Sequence record: MW250785
Source: Escherichia phage UPEC03
Direction: 5' to 3' (one strand)
Length of the DNA: 64,000 nucleotides
Shown here: positions 20,430 to 29,181 of the stretch, one piece after another
Position numbering within the stretch: the first letter of the stretch is position 1
Layout: each line of letters begins with the position of its first letter
Program-made: the position numbers and the translations under genes
The notes under the pieces: generated by a model
The model's input: only the letters and a program-made list of their open reading frames with translations
Databases searched by the model: none
Told to the model about the DNA's origin: nothing

Positions 20430-20747
20430 ATGAATACCATTCACTGCCGCAAAGAGTTCGTTGAGTTCTATCACGGATCATGTACTGCTGCCGGAATTGA
20501 AAGCATGTTGTTGCCTCCTTGTGCTTCTGATACTCTGTCTGAAAAAGGCAGAAAGAAAAATCTGGATCGTGTTTTCTTCACTGCTGATATCGGGCTGGCT
20601 CGTATCTATGCTGGAAGGGCTGCACGTTCAATAGGTGGTGATCCGGTACTGTATCGGGTTGTGTGTCCGGTAGATGTGGTATGCATGAACGATGACAAAG
20701 GCGCAAGCGTTTATCATGCTGCATGGGCTTTCTGTGAGGAATTATGA
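20430..20747 (+). CDS. Candidate Arr-like (rifampin ADP-ribosyltransferase-fold) small protein
   Basis: 105 aa; FYHGS…, RVFFTAD…, VLYRVVCPVD resembles the Arr H-Y-D pattern as recalled; two sigma70-like promoters upstream. Confidence 0.3.
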   Translation: MNTIHCRKEFVEFYHGSCTAAGIESMLLPPCASDTLSEKGRKKNLDRVFFTADIGLARIYAGRAARSIGGDPVLYRVVCPVDVVCMNDDKGASVYHAAWAFCEEL

Positions 20748-20917
20748 AAGATAAGGTGTTAGCGTATCTCGTTTTCTTGCTGGGATATCGCGTTGAAGTG
20801 ATGGGTGGTTATTCTTCTTTGTATGGGGATTTAACCGCGATCTGGATGGTTGCGTTGGGGGTTATGTTTACCTTTATGGCGATCTGTATTGCGAATGAGG
20901 CTGATCAAAATGCTTGA
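20744..20917 (+). CDS. Small hydrophobic (membrane) peptide
   Basis: 57 aa ORF; ATG overlaps upstream stop and its stop overlaps next ATG (translational coupling); hydrophobic LAYLVFLLGY…AIWMVALGVMFTFMAICIA. Confidence 0.4.
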   Translation: MKDKVLAYLVFLLGYRVEVMGGYSSLYGDLTAIWMVALGVMFTFMAICIANEADQNA

Positions 20918-21275
20918 ATTTTATCCTGCTGGTTGCAAGTCAAATCCGCCTGATGCATCGTTCCAATCCTGGATTTATTTTCACAGGGAACTAAACGACA
21001 TCATCGAAAGTCAGTGGAAAGACCATCCTGAACGAAGTGCCCCCGATTTAGTCGATAGCGTAACAGATGTACGCACCCTGGAAAAAGGGCTGTATGATTG
21101 TCTGGTTCAGGGAATGATGTGTAAATTGATTTTGTGGTATGCTCCGATCGGTTCAGATCTAACTCGCAAAATCGCCCGTGGTTATATCATGACGAAACGT
21201 GAGTTTGACCAGATCTGGAACGAACCCGACTGTTTCGAACGCGAAAAATACGAAAATGAGGTTAGTTGTATATGA
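20910..21275 (+). CDS. Hypothetical protein
   Basis: ORF; start at ATG (MLEFYPAG) in frame with track ORF 20850. Confidence 0.5.
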   Translation: MLEFYPAGCKSNPPDASFQSWIYFHRELNDIIESQWKDHPERSAPDLVDSVTDVRTLEKGLYDCLVQGMMCKLILWYAPIGSDLTRKIARGYIMTKREFDQIWNEPDCFEREKYENEVSCI

Positions 21276-21598
21276 AACTATTTCATGTTGTGTATGGTGG
21301 AATGAAAAACATCGACATCGCCGCGTTATCTGCTGGGATGCTGGACGAACTCGAAGCACAGATCGGGAAACGATTCAAAGCCAGTATCACCGAAACGCAA
21401 ACTTTGTTTGTCGATCACCCTACGGATATGGAAAACCTTGTCAACACTCTGGATGATCTGATGATCCCGTGTGCTGATGGTTGGAACGAAGCATCCGGTG
21501 TTCATGTAGTTGTAACTTTTGTTCTTAAAAATGTTGACAGCAGAAATGCCGAAGTGTTAGAGTTTATTCGTAAAATTGATTCTACTAAAGGAAAGTAA
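21272..21598 (+). CDS. Hypothetical protein
   Basis: ORF with GAGG RBS, overlapping-stop coupling. Confidence 0.5.
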   Translation: MKLFHVVYGGMKNIDIAALSAGMLDELEAQIGKRFKASITETQTLFVDHPTDMENLVNTLDDLMIPCADGWNEASGVHVVVTFVLKNVDSRNAEVLEFIRKIDSTKGK

Positions 21599-21600
21599 CT

Positions 21601-21945
21601 ATGAAAATCGTTCAGCGTAATATCAGCGAAGTTAGCCAGCAGGAAAAAGTACAGATTCATTTCAAATTCAATGATCTGAAACTGGGCTATGCACAGATCG
21701 CCCGTGAGCACATGCTCGATAACGGCGACATTTACGTGATTGTTCAGGAAATTGAGCGAATTCGTGCTTTCCGCGCAGAAAATCCAAAAGTGAAACATGC
21801 TCTGCGCCGTGTGTACATCAATAAACATCGTGAAGAACAGCGTAAGCCTAAGACAAAAGCTAAACGCGATCCGCGTCCAGATAACAAACGTAAAGCAATC
21901 AACGGCGCTATGGCGCTGGCGTTCCAGGAAGCGGGTTTGGTGTAA
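21601..21945 (+). CDS. Hypothetical protein with basic C-terminus
   Basis: 114 aa ORF. Confidence 0.5.
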   Translation: MKIVQRNISEVSQQEKVQIHFKFNDLKLGYAQIAREHMLDNGDIYVIVQEIERIRAFRAENPKVKHALRRVYINKHREEQRKPKTKAKRDPRPDNKRKAINGAMALAFQEAGLV

Positions 21946-21954
21946 GGGGTTTAT

Positions 21955-22497
21955 ATGTCTTCAATGATGAATCGCTGGTCGGGCGTGATAACTTCGACTA
22001 TCAAAAAGGATTTGGTGAAGGTTGAGACAAAACCAAAGCCAGTAGAATCGGAAACGGTATCCCCGAAAAAGGTTCAAACTTTGGTATCCCTCGATCCTGC
22101 TGAGTTAGAACACCGCCGCCGTGCAAAACAAATTGAATTCGATCTGCGTGTCGCTCGTTCATACAACAGTAAAAACGATGATGCGCGTAACCGCAACCTT
22201 CAATTTGCTCTGACGTTAAGCGACTGGGCGAAGTTAATGAGTGAACCCGTATGTTCTTACTCCGGCAGACCGTTTAGCAATAAAGGCGGTTGCTCTGACT
22301 CCCGAACAATGGAACGAATCAACGCTTCTCTGGGGTATACGGTTGAAAACACGATCGCAGTAACCAGCGCCGCGAATAGCGAGAAATCAAATCTCGATGC
22401 GTTTATGAAGGGTTCTGTGATCCTTCCAGAAGTAAAACTGAAACTGTTACGCAAAGCTGCGTATCAAATTGAAAAACAACTGAAAATCAAAGGTTAA
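21955..22497 (+). CDS. HNH-like (His-Me finger-type) domain protein
   Basis: CSYSGRPF…ERINASLGYTVENTIAVTSAANSEKSN resembles HNH core. Confidence 0.35.
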   Translation: MSSMMNRWSGVITSTIKKDLVKVETKPKPVESETVSPKKVQTLVSLDPAELEHRRRAKQIEFDLRVARSYNSKNDDARNRNLQFALTLSDWAKLMSEPVCSYSGRPFSNKGGCSDSRTMERINASLGYTVENTIAVTSAANSEKSNLDAFMKGSVILPEVKLKLLRKAAYQIEKQLKIKG

Positions 22498-22500
22498 ATT

Positions 22501-23547
22501 ATGTTTGTGAAATATTCTTCTCTGACTAACCATTATGAAGGTAAATTCATCAATGGTGTGATCATGAATGGTTTTACTGGTTGTGTGTGGGTTGCGCGTG
22601 AAAAGATCCACGGGGCTAATTTTAGCCTGATTACCTCGGACGGTATCAAAGTCATTCCGGCAAAACGTAGCGGTGAAATTCTCCCTGCTGAACAGTTCTA
22701 CGGTTGTGAACCAGTAGTTGCAAAATACTCCGAACCTGTTCGTAAGCTGTGGGAAATTTTAGCAAATACCTGTGAATATAAGGAATATGCTGATACTGGT
22801 TCTTTGGTTGTTCAGGTATACGGCGAATTTGCGGGGCGTGGTGTTCAGAAAGATGTTGACTACGGCGAAAAAGATTTCTACGTATTTGATATCCGCGTTA
22901 ATGGTCAATTCCTCCCTGATAACGTTGTTGCAAATTACGCTGTTGCTGTTGGCCTGAAAATGGCTCCACTGCTGGCATACGGTACGTTTGACGAGATCCG
23001 CGCATTGCCTATCACCTTTGATTCGGTGGTTAACCTGGCGAACTCCGGTGCGATCCCTGCAAAGAACGGTGTTGAACCTGAGTTCAAAAACTTCATGATG
23101 CTGAAAGATGATGAAGGTGAGAACATCGCAGAAGGTTTCGTGATGAAGCCTGTTCAACCCGCTTTCATGCCGAACGGTGAACGTGTTGCAATCAAATGCA
23201 AAACGACGAAGTTCACCGAGAAGAAGAACAAGCAAGCGAACCGCTTCAATGCTCCTTCTGAACTGTCAGAAACAGACAAAGTGAAGCTGAACGAATTCAC
23301 CTGCTTCCTGACTGAAAACCGTGTGAAAAACGTCCTGTCAAAAATTGACAGCGCGAATCTCACCGCGAAAGATTTCGGTCGCGTGATGGGGCTGACGGTA
23401 CAGGATGCGCTGGAAGAAATCGAACGTAACTACGGACCTTTCCTGGAACAGTTCGAAAATCCAACGCTGGCGAAGAAAACCTTCACTAACGAAGCGTCAA
23501 ATCTGGTTCGTGAGAACTGGGGCGCAATCCTGAACAATGAATTTTAA
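22501..23547 (+). CDS. rnlB: RNA ligase 2 (RnlB/Rnl2)
   Basis: 348 aa; WVAREKIHGANFSL (ligase KxHG motif I), DFYVFDI, VAIKCK, GRVMGLTVQDALEE match recalled T4 Rnl2. Confidence 0.92.
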   Translation: MFVKYSSLTNHYEGKFINGVIMNGFTGCVWVAREKIHGANFSLITSDGIKVIPAKRSGEILPAEQFYGCEPVVAKYSEPVRKLWEILANTCEYKEYADTGSLVVQVYGEFAGRGVQKDVDYGEKDFYVFDIRVNGQFLPDNVVANYAVAVGLKMAPLLAYGTFDEIRALPITFDSVVNLANSGAIPAKNGVEPEFKNFMMLKDDEGENIAEGFVMKPVQPAFMPNGERVAIKCKTTKFTEKKNKQANRFNAPSELSETDKVKLNEFTCFLTENRVKNVLSKIDSANLTAKDFGRVMGLTVQDALEEIERNYGPFLEQFENPTLAKKTFTNEASNLVRENWGAILNNEF

Positions 23548-24118
23548 ATCTGTTCTCGAAAACGCAAAAACGGCTACCCTGATCGGTAGCCGTGAACCCC
23601 CTGAACGTATCGCGAGTATAGCCATAAAGATTGGACGTGCTTTAAGTGATCGGGGGATCTTCGCTTACTCTGGTGGTGCTCCTGGAATGGATAGCCATTT
23701 CATGTTTGACTACTCACCAGAAAGACGGCGTATAATCCTCCCTGAGAACGGTTTTAACGGGTTGTATTCGAATGGTAAGGATATCATCGACTATACAGAA
23801 TACGACACGTACAAAGCCGCTGACGAAGCGAGAAAGGTAGCTGGACACTTCGACAACCAAAACGAATGGACACAACGCCGATACGCTCGCAATTCAATGC
23901 AGGTATTAACCGAAAACCTGGACAAACCTACAGATTTTGTTCTATTCTGGGCGGTAGAGAAAGATTTTTGTGTTAAAGGTGGTACTGCGATTGCTGCAAG
24001 GCTTGCCAGATTGTATAAAGTTCCAACGTTCAACCTTTGGAATCAAAACGTTCTGGATGAAGTCTGCGATACTTTAGGGATTAACACTAAACCTCCTACT
24101 CTGGATTTTCTCTGGTGA
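23537..24118 (+). CDS. DprA/Smf-like (SLOG Rossmann) domain protein
   Basis: GSREPPE…IGRALSDRGIFAYSGGAPGMDSHF resembles DprA GSR…SGGAxGxDxxxH motif. Confidence 0.4.
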   Translation: MNFKSVLENAKTATLIGSREPPERIASIAIKIGRALSDRGIFAYSGGAPGMDSHFMFDYSPERRRIILPENGFNGLYSNGKDIIDYTEYDTYKAADEARKVAGHFDNQNEWTQRRYARNSMQVLTENLDKPTDFVLFWAVEKDFCVKGGTAIAARLARLYKVPTFNLWNQNVLDEVCDTLGINTKPPTLDFLW

Positions 24119-24187
24119 TAACTCCCGAACAATCACGTAATTACGAACGCCTCTCTGTTGAAGAGGCATTAAAAAAGGCGAAACATA

Positions 24188-24631
24188 ATGGTAGAAATCA
24201 ATGGAATCGGTGTGAACGCACAGGCGGGAAGCGGGACATCGTGGGTCAAACGCGAAACACAAGATGATCCCCGCTGTGGACGTAGCCCGACACTGGCGGA
24301 ACGTGCGCGTAAACTGGTTGATGAAATCAACGCGAAAATGGTCGAAGCATCCCGTAAAGACATTTCCGAGTATGTCCTGAAATATCCGACTAAACAAGCA
24401 TATACCTTTGATATGAAACGTTTTATCGGTAAGGTTATGGATCAGGAATGTACCGAAAAAGCATATGCGGATCTGGGTGAATGGCTGGCGGAAGAAGGGT
24501 TTACTTTCGATACCCAGCGCAACCGACAAGCTGCGTTACTCAATACCTTCGCGGGTTCGCGTCGTATTACCAACTTTAGCGATCCTAAGCGTGACGGATA
24601 TAGCGATCTGACTTATTACATCACCTGGTGA
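24188..24631 (+). CDS. Hypothetical protein
   Basis: 147 aa ORF. Confidence 0.5.
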   Translation: MVEINGIGVNAQAGSGTSWVKRETQDDPRCGRSPTLAERARKLVDEINAKMVEASRKDISEYVLKYPTKQAYTFDMKRFIGKVMDQECTEKAYADLGEWLAEEGFTFDTQRNRQAALLNTFAGSRRITNFSDPKRDGYSDLTYYITW

Positions 24632-24650
24632 AAATAATTCGAAAAACTTG

Positions 24651-24678
24651 TTGACGGGAGTTATGAGTGTGGTAATAT
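24651..24678 (+). promoter_or_regulatory. Sigma70-like early promoter TTGACG-N16-TAATAT
   Basis: A-rich upstream, shared spacer block TTATGAGTGTG. Confidence 0.55.
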
Positions 24679-24718
24679 AGCTCCCGTAGACAAGACACTA
24701 ACCTAAAAGGAAAACATC

Positions 24719-24970
24719 ATGGAAATCAAATTAGTACCTACTTGCGCTGGCTACTGCTTGGCACTGAATGGTGTAGCACACAACGGTAAAGGCTTACGGG
24801 CTAACGTTGAAGCAATGCTGAACGAACTGGGTGCGGTTTATGAATATGATGACGTTGCAACCAGCGTTAAAATCATAAGCCTTGAAAAAGATGGTGTTAA
24901 CTGTGCGGGTTGGTGGGATTGCTACATCGACTATAGCGACAACCGGGTCTTCTTACTGACCAGCAATTAA
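24719..24970 (+). CDS. Hypothetical small protein
   Basis: 83 aa ORF downstream of TTGACG…TAATAT promoter. Confidence 0.5.
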   Translation: MEIKLVPTCAGYCLALNGVAHNGKGLRANVEAMLNELGAVYEYDDVATSVKIISLEKDGVNCAGWWDCYIDYSDNRVFLLTSN

Positions 24971-24979
24971 GGATCGAAC

Positions 24980-25444
24980 ATGTTTGGAATGAATGAGTGT
25001 TCAGAAGCGGAAGCGCTCGAAGATTGGGCTGACTTTGATGACCTTGATCTCGATAATGAAGATGGAGAATTCTTCTGTGTTGGGCGCGGGGTTGAAAGAA
25101 CAAAGCGTGAACTTCGAAGCCGTTTAGCAATGGGGCGTACTGTTGGATCTGGAAAGAAACAACAAGTTAAATATTCCGATGGTTCGATTCGAAATGAAAC
25201 GGTTGTCAAAGAAGTAAAGGGGCGTGTCATTACGTCCGAGCGGCAGAAGGACATCAAACAATTGTACGATGTTGCAAAAGCCGCTAAAGTAGGAACCATG
25301 ATCACTTGTCCTACGTGCAAAGAGTTGCACAAGAAGACGACATATCATAAGGTGTTCTGCTCTAATGGTAAAAAATCCAGGAAAGACTGTAAGAGTAAAT
25401 ACTGGAACACGATCCATCCAGAACGGTTGGATCGTATATTTTAA
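24980..25444 (+). CDS. Hypothetical protein with CxxC zinc-ribbon
   Basis: 154 aa ORF; acidic N-terminus, CPTCKELH…C. Confidence 0.5.
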   Translation: MFGMNECSEAEALEDWADFDDLDLDNEDGEFFCVGRGVERTKRELRSRLAMGRTVGSGKKQQVKYSDGSIRNETVVKEVKGRVITSERQKDIKQLYDVAKAAKVGTMITCPTCKELHKKTTYHKVFCSNGKKSRKDCKSKYWNTIHPERLDRIF

Positions 25445-25466
25445 TCAAAACGTGGAGTACGTTTAA

Positions 25467-26900
25467 ATGCAAAAATTTAATGAACTGAATAGCCTGATCA
25501 CCTCAACTGATTCCTATAAAGTGTCCCACTGGTTGCAGTATCCACAAGGCACTGATGCAGCGATGTTCTATATTGAATCTCGCGGTGGTAAGTTTGATGA
25601 AGTAGTAACCGCTGGCGTTAACTTCGTTGCGCGGGTTCTTGCTGAACCAATTACCATGAAACAAGTTGAGTTGGCACGGGTACTTTACCGTAAGCACTTT
25701 GGGAAAGAGATTTTCAACTACAAAGGGTGGAAGAAGATCGCAGAACTGGGTTATGTCCCTGTTACTTTCCGTGCGATCCCAGAAGGTACGGTTGTTCCGG
25801 TTAAAAATGCCGTTGCGACTGTGTACGCCGAACGTGAATTCTCATGGGTGGCTGGGTGGCTGGAGACAATGACGATTCGCGGTATCTGGTATCCGTCATC
25901 TGTAGCAACGCTATCGCGCGAGTGTAAAAAGGTTCTGGCTCATTACCTTGATATGACTTCTGACCTGACTGGTGAAGCATATAACATCACACTGGGTACA
26001 CGTCTGCATGATTTCGGGGCGCGTGGCGCGACCTCTGCTGAATCTGCTGGTATTGGTGGGCTGGCACACCTCTATAACTTCATCGGGACTGATACCGTTG
26101 AAGGTATGATTATGGCAATCAGTCTGTTTGCGGACTATCAAACTCTGTTTGACGAAGTTGAAAACGTCGAAGCAATCGGTGTTTCAATTCCGGCTCGCGA
26201 ACATTCGACTACGATTTCCTACGGTAAAGAGAACGAAGACGAAGCATACAAAAACAGCATCGAAATGTTCGGTACAGGGTTCTACGCTTGTGTGTATGAT
26301 TCCTGGGACTATAAAGGCGCTGTAGATCGCATCGCTGAATATAAAGAGCAAATCATTGCTGCGGGTGGTACTCTGGTTGTTCGTCCTGATTCCGGTGATA
26401 TGATTGATAACATCATGTACACCCTGCGTAAACTGGGCGAAATCTTCGGATACACCGTAAACAGCAAAGGTTATAAAGTTCTGCATAATTCAGTTCGAAT
26501 CATCCAGGGCGACGAGATCCACGGGCCTGAAACAATCAACCGTGTGTTAAGTTGGATGGAAGCGAACAAGTGGGCGAGTGAGAACATCGCGTTCGGTATG
26601 GGCGGCGGTTTGCTGCAAGAAGTTACCCGCGACACTCAAAAGTATGCTGAAAAACTGTGCGCTATCCGCGTGAATGGTGTGTGGAAAGGTGTTTACAAAT
26701 GCCCGAAAGGTTCCGAATGGAAACAGAGTAAGAAAGGTTTGCTGATGACCATCACTAACGGTGTGGAATTCAAAACAATCGACACTCTGGAAACTGAGAT
26801 TCCTGACGGGTGGCGTGATGCGATGATTACGTATTACGACAACGGTGTATTAAACACCTCCGATACAGTAGGGGTTATCCGTGAGCGAGCAAGGATTTAA
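25467..26900 (+). CDS. nadV: Nicotinamide phosphoribosyltransferase (Nampt/NadV family)
   Basis: 477 aa; N-terminal …TDSYKVSHWLQYP… signature and overall length typical of Nampt; phage NadV is known from KVP40-type T4-like phages. Confidence 0.85.
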   Translation: MQKFNELNSLITSTDSYKVSHWLQYPQGTDAAMFYIESRGGKFDEVVTAGVNFVARVLAEPITMKQVELARVLYRKHFGKEIFNYKGWKKIAELGYVPVTFRAIPEGTVVPVKNAVATVYAEREFSWVAGWLETMTIRGIWYPSSVATLSRECKKVLAHYLDMTSDLTGEAYNITLGTRLHDFGARGATSAESAGIGGLAHLYNFIGTDTVEGMIMAISLFADYQTLFDEVENVEAIGVSIPAREHSTTISYGKENEDEAYKNSIEMFGTGFYACVYDSWDYKGAVDRIAEYKEQIIAAGGTLVVRPDSGDMIDNIMYTLRKLGEIFGYTVNSKGYKVLHNSVRIIQGDEIHGPETINRVLSWMEANKWASENIAFGMGGGLLQEVTRDTQKYAEKLCAIRVNGVWKGVYKCPKGSEWKQSKKGLLMTITNGVEFKTIDTLETEIPDGWRDAMITYYDNGVLNTSDTVGVIRERARI

Positions 26901-27189
26901 TATCCGCGCCAACGATAACGGATCAGTAGTCTTCTACAACAATCAGCCCCTTGTCGCTCGCAAGGGGCTTTTTTGTAAGTTGGTGGGCTACGGGTTCAAG
27001 TTGGAACAGGTGGACAACGCGACACTAAAAGAGGTTGTTCGAATTGCTTATCTGCTGAAAGATAAAAAAGATGAACACCGTGCTATTGCAATGCTTGAGA
27101 AATTAGGCGAAAATTATTGCTTCGTGGTGAATCGTGGGTATAAGTACGAAACGATCGCCTTATTTGAGAAAGGACTTGGTGAATTATGA
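26881..27189 (+). CDS. Hypothetical protein
   Basis: 102 aa ORF with GTG start overlapping nadV 3' end. Confidence 0.45.
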   Translation: MSEQGFNIRANDNGSVVFYNNQPLVARKGLFCKLVGYGFKLEQVDNATLKEVVRIAYLLKDKKDEHRAIAMLEKLGENYCFVVNRGYKYETIALFEKGLGEL

Positions 27190-28025
27190 TTACCACAATC
27201 AAAGAAGGGGTTGACCTCCATTTAGGCGACTCCGTAAAGCTGATTAAACAGCTTGAATCTGGTTCTGTTGACTTGACCATAACTTCGCCTCCGTATGACA
27301 ACTTGCGCCATTATAACGGCTCTGGTGATGTCTGGGGTGAACACGTATGGAAAGAGTTGATATCGGAACTGTACCGCGTTACCGCTCCTGGTGGTGTGGT
27401 TGTGTGGGTTGTGGGTGACGCGACTATCAACGGTAGTGAAACGGGTACATCTTTCCGTCAAGCCTTGTACGCGATCGAACAAGGTTTTCGGTTGCATGAT
27501 ACGATGATCTATCACAAAACCGCTCTACCGAAGAACCATAACCGATACGAACAGGACTTTGAATACATGTTCGTGTGGACAAAAGGCGCACCAAAAACAT
27601 TCAACCCGATCCGCATTCCGTGTAAGTTCCCTGAAAAGGAAACCGCACGACAAAACAGCTACTTTTCCGAAACCAACGAAAAGAACCGTTCAGCCCGTTC
27701 CGGTAAGAAACGTAAACCTGTTGGCAAGGATAAAATTAAGGGTAATATCTGGTATTACGCTGTAGGGCGCAATCACTCAACGAAGGACGAGATTGCATTC
27801 AAACACCCAGCAATATTTCCTGAACAACTGGCAGAAGATCACATTAAAACGTGGACGGTTGAAGGGGACTTGGTTCTTGATATTTTCTCTGGTTCTGGTA
27901 CAGTTATGAAAATGTCGATACTAACCAACAGACGGTTCAAAGGCTTCGAACTGATGGAGAATTATTATCACGATTCTATTCTTCGTGTTCAGCCATACGT
28001 TAACAATCTGGAATCTTTTCTATGA
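27186..28025 (+). CDS. DNA amino-methyltransferase, beta-class (N4-cytosine or N6-adenine)
   Basis: Motif IV TITSPPY near N-terminus, motif I DIFSGSGT near C-terminus (beta permutation); the SPPY variant is more typical of N4C-MTases. Confidence 0.8.
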   Translation: MITTIKEGVDLHLGDSVKLIKQLESGSVDLTITSPPYDNLRHYNGSGDVWGEHVWKELISELYRVTAPGGVVVWVVGDATINGSETGTSFRQALYAIEQGFRLHDTMIYHKTALPKNHNRYEQDFEYMFVWTKGAPKTFNPIRIPCKFPEKETARQNSYFSETNEKNRSARSGKKRKPVGKDKIKGNIWYYAVGRNHSTKDEIAFKHPAIFPEQLAEDHIKTWTVEGDLVLDIFSGSGTVMKMSILTNRRFKGFELMENYYHDSILRVQPYVNNLESFL

Positions 28026-28873
28026 GTTATTTGGGTGTTATCCCGTATACAGGTAACAAGCAATCGCTATTGCCTGAACTCTTCAAGCTGTTCCCCGAAA
28101 GAAGTTCATACATGCGTTTCATTGATTGTTTTTGCGGTGGTCTTAGTGTGTCGTTAAACGTCCCTAAACCCGTTCTAAGCAACGATTATGATAAGACGCT
28201 TATTGATATGTATGAGCGTCTTAAAACGCTTCCTGACCTGTCTCCGGTGCGAGAATTGATTGCATCGAAGGGACTGGGGAAAGACAAGAAAGAAGAGTAT
28301 CTGAAATTCCGTGATGAATACAACCAGAATAAAGATCCTTTATGGCTCTATGTCCTGATCCTGCATTCATTCAGCAACGTTAACCGGACAAACGACAAAG
28401 GCGACTTCAACGCTAATTTTGGATGCCGGACGCTCAACGATGCAACAGTAAAACGCTTTGAACATTTCAAAAAGAATGTGAAAGGCATTGAGTTTTCCAG
28501 TGGTTCATTCCGTGACATTGATATCTGTGAAAATGATTTCGTGTATTGCGATCCTCCGTATCTGATCACTGATGCGGTGTATAACAAATTCTGGAACGCA
28601 GATCACGAACGCGAGTTATATGCTTTCCTTGACTCCCTGCATGAGCGGGGTATTTGGTTTGGTTTGTCCAACGTGACTCACCATGCCGGAAAACAAAATG
28701 ATACCCTGATTGAATGGATGCAGAAATACCGCGTTCATAATCTGGATAAAAAGTATCTGTTAGGCCAGCATACCGACTCTTACGAGCAAAACAAAACGCA
28801 AGAAGTCTACGTGTGCAACTACCAGAAACGCGACGTAAATACATTCCCTTTAACACTGAACGATTTAATGTAG
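28022..28873 (+). CDS. dam: DNA adenine methyltransferase Dam (T4 Dam-like)
   Basis: IPYTGNKQSLLPEL, FIDCFCGGLSVSLNV, DFVYCDPPYLIT match recalled T4 Dam. Confidence 0.92.
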   Translation: MSYLGVIPYTGNKQSLLPELFKLFPERSSYMRFIDCFCGGLSVSLNVPKPVLSNDYDKTLIDMYERLKTLPDLSPVRELIASKGLGKDKKEEYLKFRDEYNQNKDPLWLYVLILHSFSNVNRTNDKGDFNANFGCRTLNDATVKRFEHFKKNVKGIEFSSGSFRDIDICENDFVYCDPPYLITDAVYNKFWNADHERELYAFLDSLHERGIWFGLSNVTHHAGKQNDTLIEWMQKYRVHNLDKKYLLGQHTDSYEQNKTQEVYVCNYQKRDVNTFPLTLNDLM

Positions 28874-28879
28874 GTTAAC

Positions 28880-29149
28880 ATGTTTAAAATTTATGGCTAT
28901 ATCCCTTCTGTGTATAACTGCGCTCCGTGCCTGAACTCAAAGCGCTTGCTGGACGCGAAAAAACATCCGTATGAGTTCGTGTCTGTTGCGGATTCCGTGG
29001 AAGACGGTAAACCTGTACTGAACGAAGCGGTGATCGATGAACTCGAAGCGCTTGTTGGTACGCGCCGGATGACCATGCCTCAGATTTTCCATGACGGGAA
29101 ACATGTAGGCGGGTTCGACCAACTTCGTGAGTACGTCCGCACCCTGTAA
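28880..29149 (+). CDS. nrdC: Glutaredoxin NrdC
   Basis: MFKIYGY…CAPC…MPQIFHDGKHVGGFDQLREY matches T4 NrdC thioredoxin. Confidence 0.9.
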   Translation: MFKIYGYIPSVYNCAPCLNSKRLLDAKKHPYEFVSVADSVEDGKPVLNEAVIDELEALVGTRRMTMPQIFHDGKHVGGFDQLREYVRTL

Positions 29150-29181
29150 TAAATAATGACACCTTACTGAATGGTGTTATT

